64,000 nt of DNA from Candidatus Planktophila sp. (GCA_040402415.1 JBBAMS010000006.1:214-64213), one strand, 5' to 3'; counted from the first letter of the stretch, positions 10,635 through 23,167 are shown. Numbers and translations are program-made. The notes: a model not told the origin generated them from the letters alone.

Positions 10635-10990
10635 TAGTCAGATTTTTTCTTCGACTTGCGACCTTTGTTCAGAGTTGCAGCGCCAAGCAGCGCTCCAGCA
10701 ACACGACCAGTAGGACTATCCATAAAACCTGTTGTCGCTCCAGTCACCTTAGAGGTTACCTCTTCTACATTCTTGGTGATCTTGGCAAAGCTCTCGAGGG
10801 GGCTATTGATGAGCTCGAGGGTGCGAGTAGATTCTGCGAGTAGCGGAGTTGTATCTTCAGTAAAAGCTTTGAGAGAAGTCTTTGCCTCGTCGATAAATCT
10901 GCTCACACGGATGACTGTGTAAGAGATTGCAATAGCAACCACCATAAGTGATACCGCTGCAATAATCGTTGCAATGCCGCCTGGACCCAT
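10634..10990 (-). CDS. DUF948-family membrane-anchored coiled-coil protein
   Basis: N-terminal TM ([18 protein letters not shown]), then a helical region; upstream of alaS as in other Actinobacteria. Start ATG 10990 (TAGGCT 7 nt upstream). Confidence 0.7.
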   Translation of the reverse strand: MGPGGIATIIAAVSLMVVAIAISYTVIRVSRFIDEAKTSLKAFTEDTTPLLAESTRTLELINSPLESFAKITKNVEEVTSKVTGATTGFMDSPTGRVAGALLGAATLNKGRKSKKKSD

Positions 10991-11009
10991 AGTTATTAGC
11001 CTACCTGAC

Positions 11010-12749
11010 TTACTCCTTGGGAGGAGTCCAATCGATGGCAGCTTCCTTTCGTTGCGCAGCAGTAATCGCAGTTGGTGCACCCGTTAGTGGGTCTGCGCCA
11101 CTTGCAGTCTTAGGAAATGCAATAACCTCTCGAATCGAATCTGAGCCAGTCAAGAGCGCACAAACACGGTCAAGTCCCAAAGCGATTCCACCGTGAGGTG
11201 GCGGTCCATAGTTAAATGCTTCGAGTAAGAATCCAAATTTGCTCTGTGCTTCTTCATCAGAGAGACCAATCACGGTGAATACATCTTTCTGGATCGTGCG
11301 GTCGTGGATACGAATAGATCCGCCACCAAGTTCGGTTCCATTAAGGACTATGTCATATGCATAGGCAAGTGCTGATGCTGGATCTGATTTAAATGTCTGT
11401 GCATATTCCGGTTTTGGACCAGTAAATGGATGGTGAACTGCGGTCCATCCACCGTTATCAGTTGGTTCAAACATAGGCGCATCGACAACCCAAACAAATT
11501 CCCACACACCTTCGGCAATAAGATTGCAACGTTTACCTATTTCAAGGCGTGCTGCGCCAAGGAGTTGTTGTGAGGCTGCCTTTTCTCCTGCTGCGAAGAA
11601 GATTGCATCTCCGGGCTTTGCGCCAACAAGTGCTGCAATTCCCACTTGTTCTTCTTCAGAAATATTCTTTGAGACGGGACCGCCAAGAGTTCCATCTGCG
11701 TTGACAAGAATGTATGCGATTCCTTTTGTACCTCGAGCCTTAGCCCAGTCTTGCCATGCATCGAGTTCGCGACGAGGAGAATCTGCTCCCCCAGGCAACA
11801 CGACTGCACCAACATACGGTGCTTGGAAAACTCGGAACGGTGTTGCCTTAAAGAAATCAGTTACCTCTGTAAGTTGGAGACCAAAGCGAAGGTCGGGTTT
11901 ATCTGAACCATACTTATCCATTGCATCCGCATAGGTCATATGTTTGATAGGAGTAGGAATATCGTATCCGACGGCTTCCTTCCATACCTTCACAAGAATC
12001 TTTTCAGCCACTGCCACAATATCTGCTTGATTGACAAATGACATCTCAATATCGAGCTGTGTAAATTCTGGCTGGCGATCTGCGCGGAAATCTTCATCGC
12101 GGAAACAACGAGCAATTTGGTAGTAGCGCTCCATGCCCGCGACCATCAACAACTGCTTAAAGAGTTGAGGTGATTGCGGAAGCGCATACCAACTTCCTGG
12201 CTGCAATCGAACAGGAACTAAGAAGTCACGCGCACCTTCTGGAGTCGAACGTGTAAGGTAGGGGGTTTCAATCTCTAGGAAATCAAGGTCCTCCATTGCA
12301 TTACGGATTGATGATGTGACCTTTGAGCGAAGTCGAAGATTTGCTGCCGGTCCCTCGCGGCGCAGATCAAGATATCGATAACGCAGACGTACTTCTTCAG
12401 AAATTTCTGAATCGCTGCCAGAATCAACTGGGAAAGGAAGTGGAGCAGATTCACTCAACACAATAACGCCATCACCCATGATCTCGATAGCACCTGTGGG
12501 AATATTTGAATTTTCATTTCCTGCTGGGCGCAGCGCCACTTCACCTGTGATCTGCAAACACCATTCTGCTCGCAATTGGCTGGCCATCTTCTCGTCGCGG
12601 ATTACAACTTGCACCGAACCAGTTGCATCACGCAAATCGATAAATGCGACACCACCGTGATCACGACGACGAGCAACCCAACCCGCAAGGGTAACGGTCT
12701 GACCGGCATGAGATGCGCGGAGAGATCCTGCGTCATGGTTTCTTAACAT
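11010..12749 (-). CDS. aspS: Aspartate--tRNA ligase, probably non-discriminating (Asp/Asn)
   Basis: RRDHGG (His typical of ND-AspRS), [50 protein letters not shown]. Confidence 0.98.
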   Translation of the reverse strand: MLRNHDAGSLRASHAGQTVTLAGWVARRRDHGGVAFIDLRDATGSVQVVIRDEKMASQLRAEWCLQITGEVALRPAGNENSNIPTGAIEIMGDGVIVLSESAPLPFPVDSGSDSEISEEVRLRYRYLDLRREGPAANLRLRSKVTSSIRNAMEDLDFLEIETPYLTRSTPEGARDFLVPVRLQPGSWYALPQSPQLFKQLLMVAGMERYYQIARCFRDEDFRADRQPEFTQLDIEMSFVNQADIVAVAEKILVKVWKEAVGYDIPTPIKHMTYADAMDKYGSDKPDLRFGLQLTEVTDFFKATPFRVFQAPYVGAVVLPGGADSPRRELDAWQDWAKARGTKGIAYILVNADGTLGGPVSKNISEEEQVGIAALVGAKPGDAIFFAAGEKAASQQLLGAARLEIGKRCNLIAEGVWEFVWVVDAPMFEPTDNGGWTAVHHPFTGPKPEYAQTFKSDPASALAYAYDIVLNGTELGGGSIRIHDRTIQKDVFTVIGLSDEEAQSKFGFLLEAFNYGPPPHGGIALGLDRVCALLTGSDSIREVIAFPKTASGADPLTGAPTAITAAQRKEAAIDWTPPKE

Positions 12750-12779
12750 TGTGAAGTGCCGCCTTTAGATGATGGTGAC

Positions 12780-14048
12780 CTACAGCGCGAGTGCTCGCTG
12801 TAACTCATCCTGTAATTGAACAATCTTAACGGAGGATGTAACTCCATCTGACATTCTCTTGAGTTCCACCGAACTATGACGCAGTTCAGATTCTCCAAGA
12901 ACTATGACAAAGCGCGCTCCTGACTTATCAGCTGCCTTCATCGCACCTTTGAGAGCGCGATCTCCAAATGCGATCTCGGTACGAATCCCAGATGATCTGA
13001 GAGTTTGAGCGATCGTGAGCGCTGGCCCTTTTGATTCCTCTCCGAGAGGGATGATAAATAAGTCAGATGTGAACTCTTGGCTAGGAACAGTTGATTCGGC
13101 AATCGCTGCAAGCAATGCGCGATCTACCCCGAGGCCAAATCCAATTCCTGACAACTCTTGTCCACCGAGAGTCTCCATCAAACCGTCGTAGCGCCCACCA
13201 CCACCAATACCACTTTGTGCTCCGAGGTCGGGATGAATGAATTCAAATGTTGTTCCGGTGTAATAGTCCAATCCACGAACCATCCTTGGATTAATCGTAA
13301 ATGCAATCCCCATTGCGGTGAGATAAGTCTGGACAGCTGCGAAATTCTCTGCAGAGGTAGGTGAGAGATAGTCAAGCAGAGTTGGTGCTTTTGCCATCGC
13401 TTCCTGCATCTCAGGGCGCTTATCATCGAGGAGGCGTAAGGGATTGATTGCGGCGCGAGACACTGTGGCCTCATCTAACTGCAAACCAGAAATATATTTC
13501 AGTAAATCTATGCGATGAACTGCCCGAGATTGCACATCCCCCAGTGAAGTAATTTCCAACCTATAATTCTTGAGCCCTAGATTCTTAAATCCGCGATCGG
13601 CTATGGCAATCACTTCCGCATCTAGCGCGGGGTCATCTATGCCAATAGCCTCAATTCCTACTTGGTAAAACTGTCGGTAACGACCTGCTTGCGGACGTTC
13701 TGCGCGAAAGAATTGTCCTGAGTACCAAACTTTCACCGGCAACTGTCCACGATCAAGATTTGATTCGATTACAGCGCGCATGACACCAGCTGTGCCTTCG
13801 GGGCGCAATGTGATTGAACGTCCACCGCGATCTTCAAAGGTGTACATCTCCTTTGATACAACATCTGTTGATTCACCCACTCCACGAGTAAAAAGATTGG
13901 TATCTTCAAAGACAGGCAGCTCCATCAATTGATAACCAGCAGCCTTGGCAGGTAAAATCAACTGCTCGCGAACCCATTCAAAGGACTGGGATTCGGGAGG
14001 CAGATATTCACGAACGCCTTTAGGCGCTTGAATCTTCTCGAACTTCAT
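12780..14048 (-). CDS. hisS: Histidine--tRNA ligase
   Basis: [37 protein letters not shown]. Confidence 0.98.
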   Translation of the reverse strand: MKFEKIQAPKGVREYLPPESQSFEWVREQLILPAKAAGYQLMELPVFEDTNLFTRGVGESTDVVSKEMYTFEDRGGRSITLRPEGTAGVMRAVIESNLDRGQLPVKVWYSGQFFRAERPQAGRYRQFYQVGIEAIGIDDPALDAEVIAIADRGFKNLGLKNYRLEITSLGDVQSRAVHRIDLLKYISGLQLDEATVSRAAINPLRLLDDKRPEMQEAMAKAPTLLDYLSPTSAENFAAVQTYLTAMGIAFTINPRMVRGLDYYTGTTFEFIHPDLGAQSGIGGGGRYDGLMETLGGQELSGIGFGLGVDRALLAAIAESTVPSQEFTSDLFIIPLGEESKGPALTIAQTLRSSGIRTEIAFGDRALKGAMKAADKSGARFVIVLGESELRHSSVELKRMSDGVTSSVKIVQLQDELQRALAL

Positions 14049-14701
14049 AGAGTCAATTCTTGCAGATACGGGTTATTTTTTCGCTCGAATTTAATCGAGG
14101 TCTCCGGTCCATGTCCGGTGAGCACGCGTAAATCATCGCTCAGGGTAAGAACTTTGCTTTTCAAGGTCTGTGTCATCTCGTGTGCGCTTCCAGTTGGCAA
14201 ATCGGTACGACCGATTGAGCCTGCAAAGAGCACATCACCACTGAGAAGAAGCTCATCATTGATAATGAACATCAGCGATCCTCGAGTGTGCCCAGGGGCG
14301 TGTATTGCAACAATCTTCATTCCAAGCAAATCCAGAACTGCATTGTTCTTCAACTCTTTAACGATGAGAGGTTCTAAGAATTCGACTCCCGCCAACTGCG
14401 ATGCGAAATCTTGAGAGAGTAATCCAATGGGATCTGCAATGAAGCGACGATCTTCAGGGTGTATGTATGCAGGAATGTTGTAACCATCGGCAAGTGGCTT
14501 GATGGAGAATGTATGATCTAAATGTCCGTGAGTTAACAGCGCTGCAACTGGTTTGAGGTGATGTTCTTCAATAATCATCTCGATATCGCGCGAAATGTCA
14601 GTCATTCCAGGATCAACGATGATGCACTCTCGGCCCTCGCCCTGGGCTATCACCCAACAATTGGTCGCAAACATAGGGGCAGGGAAGCAACGAACAAGCA
14701 C
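14045..14701 (-). CDS. MBL-fold metallo-hydrolase (glyoxalase II / YcbL-like)
   Basis: THGHLDH, PGHTRG, SGDVLF..SIGRTD, GHG; likely start GTG 14701. Confidence 0.9.
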   Translation of the reverse strand: MLVRCFPAPMFATNCWVIAQGEGRECIIVDPGMTDISRDIEMIIEEHHLKPVAALLTHGHLDHTFSIKPLADGYNIPAYIHPEDRRFIADPIGLLSQDFASQLAGVEFLEPLIVKELKNNAVLDLLGMKIVAIHAPGHTRGSLMFIINDELLLSGDVLFAGSIGRTDLPTGSAHEMTQTLKSKVLTLSDDLRVLTGHGPETSIKFERKNNPYLQELTL

Positions 14702-14834
14702 TATCGGACCCAATTTCTTGCGAGGATTTACTAGTAGAGGATGCACAGGGTACCTTTGTCCTCTTATACATTGGCACATATCAACGAAGGCCGCGTCACT
14801 TTAGATAACGGCCAACGCGCTGAAGGGGAAGATC

Positions 14835-16151
14835 ATGACTGATATCAATCCATCTACATTGGCTCATACTCATTCAAATCCGAGTGCAGCATCTGCATTG
14901 ATCGGAGACCCTTCACAATTTGGTCGCGTTGCCGAAGATGGCACTGTCTATGTTCGTACCCTTGATGGCGAGAAGGCGGTTGGCTCATATCCAGGCAAGA
15001 CTTCTGAAGAAGCGCTCGCCTACTTCGTCCGCAAATTTGAAGCGCTTGCATCTGAGGTAGCGCTTACAGCAGCGCGCATTACTAGCGGTGCCATGGTTCC
15101 CCAAGATGCCTACGACGCTGTCAAGAAGTTGCGCCATCAAGTTACCGAACTCAATGGTGTCGGAGATTTATCTGCCCTTGCTCAGTCAGTGGAGCAGATT
15201 GAGCCACTCATCGAGGGCCACCGCGAAGCTTATGAAGCTAAGAAGGCCGCTGAAGCTGTTGCTAAGACCGCGCGACGCGAACAAATTTTGATTGAGAAAG
15301 TGAAAATCGTTGTTGAGGCCGAATCGTTGGCGCTGTCAGAGAATTGGAAAGTTACTGGGGATCGTCTCAAGGCGCTCTTAGATGAGTGGAAAGCAGCGCC
15401 TCGCCTTGATAAGAAATCAGATGCTGATTTCTGGAAGCGTTTCTCCGGCTCTCGAAATAAGTTCGATAAGCGTCGCCGTACACACTTTGCTCAACTTGAA
15501 GCAACTGCCAGTAAGGTCTCTGATGCTAAGAATGTAATTATCGAACAGGCTGAGAAACTGGCTGCCTCAACGGATTGGGTCGCAACTGCTCGCCAATACA
15601 AAGCTTTGATGGATCAGTGGAAAGCCGCTGGTCGGGGAAAGAAGAGCGATGATGCCAAGATGTGGGCAAGATTTAAAACTGCCCAAGATCAATTCTTCAC
15701 TGCCAAGAATGCAGATTTAGAAAAACGCGAAGTCTCCATGTCTGCCAATCTCATCAAGCGTGAGGAGCTCATCGTTGCGATCGAAGCACTTTTACCATTT
15801 ACAGATGTGAAGGCCGCTAAGAACGCATTCCGAGATCTAATGAGCACATGGACAAAGATTGGAATTACCAATCGCGATAAGCGCGCTGCCTTTGATGCCC
15901 GCGTAGCCAAGGTGGAAAGTGCCATCAAAGAGGCAGAGGCTGATAACTGGCGCAAGACCGACCCAAGTGCCAAAGCGCGAGCTGCAGAAGTTGTCAAGCA
16001 ATTAACAGAATCGATTGAAAATTATGGAAAAGTTGCTGCGAAATCACAGGCTGCGGGTAATGAGAAGAAAGCTCAAGGGGCTCTCGACTCCGCTGAGGCT
16101 CGTAAGGTATGGCTTGCAGAAGCTGAAAAACATCTTGCTGAATTTAGTTAA
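14835..16151 (+). CDS. DUF349 domain-containing protein
   Basis: FGRVAEDGTVYVRT N-terminus; repeated helical W..AG/W.RF units; conserved position next to rel. Confidence 0.85.
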   Translation: MTDINPSTLAHTHSNPSAASALIGDPSQFGRVAEDGTVYVRTLDGEKAVGSYPGKTSEEALAYFVRKFEALASEVALTAARITSGAMVPQDAYDAVKKLRHQVTELNGVGDLSALAQSVEQIEPLIEGHREAYEAKKAAEAVAKTARREQILIEKVKIVVEAESLALSENWKVTGDRLKALLDEWKAAPRLDKKSDADFWKRFSGSRNKFDKRRRTHFAQLEATASKVSDAKNVIIEQAEKLAASTDWVATARQYKALMDQWKAAGRGKKSDDAKMWARFKTAQDQFFTAKNADLEKREVSMSANLIKREELIVAIEALLPFTDVKAAKNAFRDLMSTWTKIGITNRDKRAAFDARVAKVESAIKEAEADNWRKTDPSAKARAAEVVKQLTESIENYGKVAAKSQAAGNEKKAQGALDSAEARKVWLAEAEKHLAEFS

Positions 16152-16160
16152 AGAAAACGA

Positions 16161-18320
16161 TTACGTTCTGTAAACATCGTATACGCCTTCGATAGCGCGA
16201 ACCGCTGCCAGAACTGAGTCGAGATGCTTTGCATCAGCCATTTCAAAGGTGAATTTCGAGATTGCCACACGATCCTTTGATGTACTGACAGCCGCACTTA
16301 AGATATTGACATGTTGTTCTGACAGTGTGCGAGTCACATCTGCAAGTAATCGCGCGCGATCTAGTGCCTCTACCTGGATGTTGACCAAGAACAGACTTGC
16401 CGCCCCCGCCAACCACTTAACATTCACAACTCTCTCTGCTTGGTTCTCTCGTAAATCCCCCGCATTGATGCAATCAACACGATGAACTGAAATACCTGAC
16501 CCTTTAGTGGTGAAGCCCATAATTGCATCGCCAGGAACTGGCGTGCAGCAACGAGCCAGTTTGACCAGTACATCATCGATTCCCTCTACTTCAATAGCGC
16601 TCGATGTTCGACGGGCACCTTGCACTCCTGTAGGAATATGCTCAATTGTCTGTTCTGGATGTGAATCTTCACCACCCATACTTGCTACAAGTTTATCGAT
16701 AATAGACGCTGCAGAAACATGCCCATCACCCACTGCGCTATATAAAGCATCGATATCCGAATAACGCAGATCATGTGCCAGTTCCAGCAATGAGTGGCCA
16801 GCGAATATCTTTTGTAGTGGAAGTCCTGCCTTGCGCATCTGACGTGCAATAGATTCACGTCCGGCATCAATCGCCTCTTCACGTCGCTCCTTACTAAACC
16901 ACGCCTTTATCTTTGAACGAGCACGAGGACTCTTAACAAAATTTAACCAGTCTCTGCTCGGACCTGCATGTTCACTTTTATTGGTGACAATCTCAACAAC
17001 ATCGCCATTATTCAGTTTTGACTCAAGCGGAACTAAACGACCATTGACCTTCGCTCCAGCACAGCGCAAACCCACATCGGTGTGAACCGAGAAAGCGAAG
17101 TCGACTGGCGTTGAACCTCCAGGTAGAGCAACAACTGAGCCCTTTGGTGTAAAGACGAAGACTTCGGGTGTTCCCAGATCAAAGCGAAGAGCTTCCAGGA
17201 ACTCAGATGGGTCCTCGGTCTCTTTCTGCCATTCATGCAATTGGCGAAGCCACAACATTTCTGGGGAACTACTGTCAGGCTCTCCCCCTTGTTTGTACTT
17301 CCAATGCGCGGCTATACCAAACTCAGCACGAGAATGCATATCCTTTGTACGAATCTGAATCTCAATCGCCTTGCCGTTGGGGCCAATCACAGTTGTATGC
17401 AGAGATTGGTAGAGATTGAACTTTGGCATCGCGATGTAATCTTTAAATCGACCCGGTACTGGGCTCCATCTTGCGTGAATTGAACCTAGAACTGCATAAC
17501 AATCGCGAACATCATTGACCAAGACTCGAATACCGACAAGGTCATAGATATCGTTAAACTCCCGTCCTCGAAGAACCATCTTCTGATACACGCTGAAGAA
17601 ATGCTTTTTGCGACCTGTCACAGTGGCAACAATGAGATCTCGGTTCAGATCAGATACAACCGCTTCAATGACCTCAGTCGTAAGGGCATCACGCGATGGC
17701 GAGCGTTCGGCTACTAGGCGCGAGATTTCCTCGAACTTCTTCGGTTCCAGAACTTCGAAGGAGAGATCCTCAAGTTCCCATTTCATTGCATTCATTCCCA
17801 GCCGGTGTGCAAGGGGTGCATAGATATCGAGCGTCTCACGCGCTTTACGTAGTGCGCTCTCGTTGGATACAAATTTCCATGTGCGTGCATTATGGAGACG
17901 ATCGGCTAGTTTGATAACCAATACCCGAATATCTCGAGACATAGCGACAACCATCTTGCGAACCGTCTCGGCCTCAGCTGTCGGACCATAAGTCAACTTA
18001 TCAAGTTTGGTAACACCATCAACTAGCGAGGCAATCTCATCACCGAAATCTGCACGAAGTTGCGTGAGTGAGTAGGGGGTGTCCTCAACAGTGTCATGTA
18101 AAAGGGCTGCAATCAGGCTTGTCTCATTAAGTCCAAGTTCAGCAAGAATCTGAGTTACTGCGACTGGATGCGTTATGTACTCTTCACCCGATTTACGAAG
18201 CTGACCTTTATGCGCTTGCTGCGCAATCGTGAATGCTCTCTCGATATCTGATGTGTCTGCACTTGGATGATGTTCTCTCAGCGCGCCAATGAGCGGTGCG
18301 ATAAGGGGCAAGGTGTCCAT
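16161..18320 (-). CDS. relA: Bifunctional (p)ppGpp synthetase/hydrolase Rel
   Basis: Intact HD motif (LLHDTVED), KLADRLHN, RFKDY, YQSLHT, EIQIRT, TGS and ACT domains. Start ATG 18320 (TATTCT 6 nt upstream). Confidence 0.97.
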   Translation of the reverse strand: MDTLPLIAPLIGALREHHPSADTSDIERAFTIAQQAHKGQLRKSGEEYITHPVAVTQILAELGLNETSLIAALLHDTVEDTPYSLTQLRADFGDEIASLVDGVTKLDKLTYGPTAEAETVRKMVVAMSRDIRVLVIKLADRLHNARTWKFVSNESALRKARETLDIYAPLAHRLGMNAMKWELEDLSFEVLEPKKFEEISRLVAERSPSRDALTTEVIEAVVSDLNRDLIVATVTGRKKHFFSVYQKMVLRGREFNDIYDLVGIRVLVNDVRDCYAVLGSIHARWSPVPGRFKDYIAMPKFNLYQSLHTTVIGPNGKAIEIQIRTKDMHSRAEFGIAAHWKYKQGGEPDSSSPEMLWLRQLHEWQKETEDPSEFLEALRFDLGTPEVFVFTPKGSVVALPGGSTPVDFAFSVHTDVGLRCAGAKVNGRLVPLESKLNNGDVVEIVTNKSEHAGPSRDWLNFVKSPRARSKIKAWFSKERREEAIDAGRESIARQMRKAGLPLQKIFAGHSLLELAHDLRYSDIDALYSAVGDGHVSAASIIDKLVASMGGEDSHPEQTIEHIPTGVQGARRTSSAIEVEGIDDVLVKLARCCTPVPGDAIMGFTTKGSGISVHRVDCINAGDLRENQAERVVNVKWLAGAASLFLVNIQVEALDRARLLADVTRTLSEQHVNILSAAVSTSKDRVAISKFTFEMADAKHLDSVLAAVRAIEGVYDVYRT

Positions 18321-18348
18321 AGGTGCAGAATATCGTTGCTTTACGGGG

Positions 18349-19398
18349 TTACTTGCGACCCTTGCGCTTTGGTTGATTACGAGGACCACTTCCACTCGAA
18401 GGACGAACTTCTTGCGCTGCGGCAACCACAACTGTTGTCCCGCGAGCTAACACTCGCTTAGCAAGTGCCTGCATCGCAGGTTCTCTTTCACGAAGTTGCG
18501 CAAGAAATGGTGGTGCAATAAATACCGAAGAATATGTACCAACAGCAAGACCAATAAAGAGGGCGAGAGATAGATCCTTCAAGGTACCCGCACCTAGTAA
18601 GCCCGCTCCTACGAAGAGAATCGACGCGACTGGAAGAAGTGCAATGAGTGATGTATTAGCAGAACGAACCAGGGTCTGATTGACAGCCAGGTTTGCCGCT
18701 TGTGAATAGGTCATCTTGCTAGTTGCTGAAACGGACTTGGTATTTTCACGGACCTTATCAAATACAACCACCGTGTCATAGAGCGAGTAACCAAGAATTG
18801 TTAGAAAACCGATAACTGTGGCCGGAGTGACATCAAAACCAACAAGTGCGTAAACTCCCACTGTAATTAGAACGTCATGCACTACAGCAACAATCGCAGC
18901 AATTGCCATCTTAGGTTCGAATGCCATCGCCAGGAAGAGCATCACGGCAATAAGAAAGGCGAAAAGTCCGTAAAGAGCTTTTCTCGTAATTTCTTTACCC
19001 CATGATGGACCTACGAGTTGAGTATCAATCGACTCAGCAGTGACACCGAATGTAGTTGTCAGTGCAGTTTCGATGGCTTGTGACTGAGCTGGAGTAACTG
19101 CACCTGTCTGTACGCGAACCTTTGAGGTTCCAATTTTCTGAACAATTACTTCACCAGTAATACCGATACCAGCGACAGCAGAACGCGCCTGCGCAACTGT
19201 TGCCGTTGGTTGATTAACCGTATAGGAAGCTCCACCCTTAAACTCAATACCAAGGTGTAGACCTTGGATAACAAGCGCTGCAATTGCAGCGAGAATGAAT
19301 AGTGCAGATACTGAGTACCAACGCTTGCGGTTTTCTACGATATTAAATGAAGTCTCTCCTGAGTAGAGACGACCACCAAGACCTGAAATTTTAGCCAT
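18349..19398 (-). CDS. secF: Protein translocase subunit SecF
   Basis: LGIEFKGG, VGPSWGKE, HDV, GYSLYDTVVVFDKVREN, GTYSSVFIA. Confidence 0.97.
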   Translation of the reverse strand: MAKISGLGGRLYSGETSFNIVENRKRWYSVSALFILAAIAALVIQGLHLGIEFKGGASYTVNQPTATVAQARSAVAGIGITGEVIVQKIGTSKVRVQTGAVTPAQSQAIETALTTTFGVTAESIDTQLVGPSWGKEITRKALYGLFAFLIAVMLFLAMAFEPKMAIAAIVAVVHDVLITVGVYALVGFDVTPATVIGFLTILGYSLYDTVVVFDKVRENTKSVSATSKMTYSQAANLAVNQTLVRSANTSLIALLPVASILFVGAGLLGAGTLKDLSLALFIGLAVGTYSSVFIAPPFLAQLREREPAMQALAKRVLARGTTVVVAAAQEVRPSSGSGPRNQPKRKGRK

Positions 19399-19402
19399 CT
19401 AG

Positions 19403-20923
19403 TTATGCCTCCAAAGGTGTTGATGAGATCTTGCGGCCGATACTCTTTTCGGAGAATCCGGAGAGTGGGTGGCCCGATGCAAAGAAGTTCCACTTCGCAA
19501 TCACGGTCACGATTGGTTTTGTGAAGATAAAGACGATCAATAGGTCGATCAGTGTTGTAAGACCTAGCGTGAATGCGAATCCACGGACACCGCCGACTGC
19601 AAAGAAGTAAAGAAGAACAGCCGCAAGAATTGACACAGTATCCGCCACGATGATTGTGTGACGTGCGCGGATCCAACCACTTTCAACAGCTGATCGAAGT
19701 GAGCGTCCTTCACGTGCTTCATCGCGAACTCGTTCGAAGAATACGATAAATGAGTCTGCGGTGATACCAATAGAGACAATTGCTCCAGCGATTCCAGCAA
19801 GCGTCAGCGTGAACCCGATTGACTTACCCAACACTAGGAAGAGTAGATAGAGAATTGTTCCGGCGATAGCCAGTGATCCCACAGTCACGAGTCCAAGTGC
19901 TCTGTAGTAAAGAAGAGAGAAGATAAGCACAAGCCCAAGACCAAGGAGGCCAGCCAGGATTCCTGCATGGAGTTGATCCGAACCCAATGTTGGAGATACC
20001 TGCTGAACTTCGCCTCTATCAAATGCGAGTGGGAGTGCACCGTACTTCAATACATTAGCTAGATCCTGAGCTTCAGTCTGAGTAAATGATCCTGTGATCT
20101 GTGCATTACCTGAAGGAATCGCCTCGCGAATTGCTGGAGCTGATACAACTAATCCATCAAGCACAATCGCCACCTGGTTCTGCGGAGAAGCAAGGGTTGT
20201 GACGCGAGCGGTAATACTTCCAAAAGCCTTTGTGCCTTCGCCATTGAATGTGAGTAGGACATACCAACCACTTGCACCTTGTTGATCAATTCCAGCTGTT
20301 GCCTTCGATACTTGGCGCCCCAGAACTTCAGCTGGACCTAAAATATACTTGCTTACACCAGACCGAGAACACGCTACAACAGTGTCGGTTGGCGCATCTG
20401 CACCAGTACCTTGGCGGCTAGCCAGGTCTGCACAATTGAGTGCCGCAAACTTTGCGTTAATGACCGGTGAAACACCTGCTGCCGGAGTTGCCGCAGTTGC
20501 TGTGTCATTGGCTCTGAGGGCCGACGTCTCTGCGAGAACTTGTCGAAAACGAAGCTCCGCAGTCTGACCAACAAGATCGACCACACGTCGCCCTGAATCA
20601 CCTGGAACTGAAATTACAATCTGACGGTTTGTACCACTGCCTTGCGCAGTTACTTCGGATTCTGCAACACCCAGTGAGTTAACGCGCTGGCGAATAATGG
20701 AAACTGCCTGATCAATAGCCTCTGATGTTATTTTATTGGAATCATTAGAAGCGCGAGGCTGAAGCGTGACGCTCGTTCCTCCACGAAGATCAAGGCCCAG
20801 ACGAACAGAGGCTGCTCCTTGAATCAAAGCTGTTGCCAAGAGGCCGATAACGAGTACTGCCAAGATTGCTAAGGCACGTACTGGACGGCCAGTGGTCTTC
20901 ACTGGTTTATTAGGTGTGGACAT
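19403..20923 (-). CDS. secD: Protein translocase subunit SecD
   Basis: LGLDLRGG, AIVLDG, LKYGALP, GITADSFIVFFERVRDE, VRGFAFTL. Confidence 0.97.
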   Translation of the reverse strand: MSTPNKPVKTTGRPVRALAILAVLVIGLLATALIQGAASVRLGLDLRGGTSVTLQPRASNDSNKITSEAIDQAVSIIRQRVNSLGVAESEVTAQGSGTNRQIVISVPGDSGRRVVDLVGQTAELRFRQVLAETSALRANDTATAATPAAGVSPVINAKFAALNCADLASRQGTGADAPTDTVVACSRSGVSKYILGPAEVLGRQVSKATAGIDQQGASGWYVLLTFNGEGTKAFGSITARVTTLASPQNQVAIVLDGLVVSAPAIREAIPSGNAQITGSFTQTEAQDLANVLKYGALPLAFDRGEVQQVSPTLGSDQLHAGILAGLLGLGLVLIFSLLYYRALGLVTVGSLAIAGTILYLLFLVLGKSIGFTLTLAGIAGAIVSIGITADSFIVFFERVRDEAREGRSLRSAVESGWIRARHTIIVADTVSILAAVLLYFFAVGGVRGFAFTLGLTTLIDLLIVFIFTKPIVTVIAKWNFFASGHPLSGFSEKSIGRKISSTPLEA

Positions 20924-20934
20924 AAGAGCAGAGT

Positions 20935-21975
20935 CTAGGCGTCAGGTGCTGGTGTGTCGAAAAGAGTCATAATTCCAGCAGGTGGTGTTCGTCCCACATG
21001 CTCCCAACCCAATGCAGTGGCAACTCGACCTCGTGGGGTACGAGCCATAAAGCCATTTCTTACTAAGAACGGTTCAGCAACGGATTCAACAGTTTCGGTC
21101 TCCTCGCCCACTGCAATTGCAAGTGTGGAAAGACCCACTGGTCCTCCATTAAATCTTTCAATGAGAGCGAGCAGTACAGATCTATCTAATCTATCGAGAC
21201 CTTTAACATCGACCTCATAGATATCAAGGGCTGCCTGTGCATCAGCATGAGTCAGCGCATTAGAACCATTGACTTGCGCATAATCACGAACACGGCGCAG
21301 GAGTCGATTAGCGACTCGAGGTGTTCCACGAGACCGACTTGCGATTTCACCAATGGCAGCCTTTTCAATTGTGAGACCAAGCAAAACTGCACTGCGTGAA
21401 ATAACTTCTTCAATTTCCGAATCTTCATAAAAATCAAGGTGGGCTGTAAATCCGAATCGGTCACGAAGAGGTGATGGAAGTAAACCCGCGCGCGTTGTTG
21501 CCCCCACAAGAGTAAAGCGTGGCAGTTGCAGTGGAATAGCTGTCGCTCCAGGGCCTTTTCCGACAACTACATCGACACGGAAATCTTCCATTGCAAGATA
21601 AAGAAGCTCTTCTGCAGGACGTGGCAAGCGATGAATTTCATCGAGAAAGAAAATTTCCCCTTCAACGAGTGAAGATAGAATCGCCGCAAGATCACCGGCA
21701 TGGGTAATAGCGGGACCGCTGGTGATACGAATTGGAGTATTCATCTCTGCTGCCAAAATCATCGCAAGCGTTGTCTTACCTAGCCCCGGAGGACCCGAGA
21801 GAAGAATATGGTCGGCCGCAGAATTGCGTTTTCTTGCCGCGGAGAGCAAGACATCTATCTGTTGGCGTACACGTTGTTGACCAATGAAATCCTTAAGCGT
21901 CTTTGGGCGCAGCTCATGTTCTGCAGCTAAATCATCTGAATCGCTGTGTGGGTTGACTACTCTCTCATCTCTCAT
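20935..21975 (-). CDS. ruvB: Holliday junction branch migration helicase RuvB
   Basis: [41 protein letters not shown]. Confidence 0.99.
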   Translation of the reverse strand: MRDERVVNPHSDSDDLAAEHELRPKTLKDFIGQQRVRQQIDVLLSAARKRNSAADHILLSGPPGLGKTTLAMILAAEMNTPIRITSGPAITHAGDLAAILSSLVEGEIFFLDEIHRLPRPAEELLYLAMEDFRVDVVVGKGPGATAIPLQLPRFTLVGATTRAGLLPSPLRDRFGFTAHLDFYEDSEIEEVISRSAVLLGLTIEKAAIGEIASRSRGTPRVANRLLRRVRDYAQVNGSNALTHADAQAALDIYEVDVKGLDRLDRSVLLALIERFNGGPVGLSTLAIAVGEETETVESVAEPFLVRNGFMARTPRGRVATALGWEHVGRTPPAGIMTLFDTPAPDA

Positions 21976-22583
21976 GAGCTACGCCGTCCTGTTTGCAGTG
22001 TGCGCTTAAGCAGATCAGAGAGATCCGATGATGAAGGATCTACACCTTCTTCGGCATACTCAGCAAGAACTTTATTGATAGCAGCGTCGGAATCCTTTGC
22101 AGTAAAACCTAGCGATACGAGCGCAGATGTAAGTTGTTCACGCCACACAGGTTGATGAGTCCGTTCCTGATCAGAGGTGCTGAAATCCGAAATCTTGCCT
22201 TTGAGTTCGAGAATAAGACGTTGCGCACCTTTACGCCCGATTCCAGGCACCTTCTCAATTCCTTTGATATCTTCTTGCGTAATGGCTAGCGCCAGCGAGT
22301 GCGGTGAATGTGCCCCCATAATTGCAAGTGCAACCTTGGGGCCAATACCCGAGACGGTCTGCACTAGTTCGAATGTGGAGCGGCTTTCCTCATCGAGAAA
22401 GCCAAAAAGAGTCAATGAGTCTTCCCGCACAACGAGTGAAGTAAAGAGTTGCACTGCCGCACCTAAATTCATTTGCATACTAGTGTTATTGGTGATCGAA
22501 ACGCTTAAGCCAACACCACCAACTTCAACGATTACCTTGTCTGTGTGAATTGACCGCACGATACCGTTGAGAAGTGAAATCAT
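21972..22583 (-). CDS. ruvA: Holliday junction branch migration protein RuvA
   Basis: [45 protein letters not shown]. Confidence 0.98.
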   Translation of the reverse strand: MISLLNGIVRSIHTDKVIVEVGGVGLSVSITNNTSMQMNLGAAVQLFTSLVVREDSLTLFGFLDEESRSTFELVQTVSGIGPKVALAIMGAHSPHSLALAITQEDIKGIEKVPGIGRKGAQRLILELKGKISDFSTSDQERTHQPVWREQLTSALVSLGFTAKDSDAAINKVLAEYAEEGVDPSSSDLSDLLKRTLQTGRRSS

Positions 22584-23134
22584 TTCTTCACCAACTTTGC
22601 AAGACGTGTCTTCTCGGCTTTAAGAGCTTCTTCAATCTTCGCATTGCCACCTCCGCGCCAGATATGGCATATCGCAAGTGCAAGTGCATCGGTGCTATCG
22701 ACAGGCTTTGGTATCACCTCTAAATTCAATAACTTTTTCACCATCTCGGCTACTTGTACTTTATTTGCTCGCCCTGAACCTGTCACAGCAGCCTTAACTT
22801 CAGAAGGCGTATGCATCATTACTGGAATTCCTCTGCGCGCTGCAACAAGGAGTGCAATACCTGCAGCCTGGCCAGTACCCATCACGGTGCGCACATTGTG
22901 TTGAGAAAAGACACGTTCGACCGCCATAACATCAGGTGAATGCTCACTCACCCATTCCTCAAGCTCGGATTCAAGTTGGAGCAATCTCTGCTCTAACGGC
23001 AAGTTAGCAGATGTGAGGATTACACCGACAGCGACAAGTGTGAGCGGTTTGCCGATTGACCCCTCAACGACTCCGATGCCACAACGAGTAAGCCCAGGAT
23101 CTACTCCTAGTACGCGGCGCTGAGGGTGGCTCAT
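22580..23134 (-). CDS. ruvC: Crossover junction endodeoxyribonuclease RuvC
   Basis: [41 protein letters not shown]. Confidence 0.98.
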   Translation of the reverse strand: MSHPQRRVLGVDPGLTRCGIGVVEGSIGKPLTLVAVGVILTSANLPLEQRLLQLESELEEWVSEHSPDVMAVERVFSQHNVRTVMGTGQAAGIALLVAARRGIPVMMHTPSEVKAAVTGSGRANKVQVAEMVKKLLNLEVIPKPVDSTDALALAICHIWRGGGNAKIEEALKAEKTRLAKLVKK

Positions 23135-23167
23135 AACTTCTAAGCCTAGGACTTTGGCGCTAGAAGT

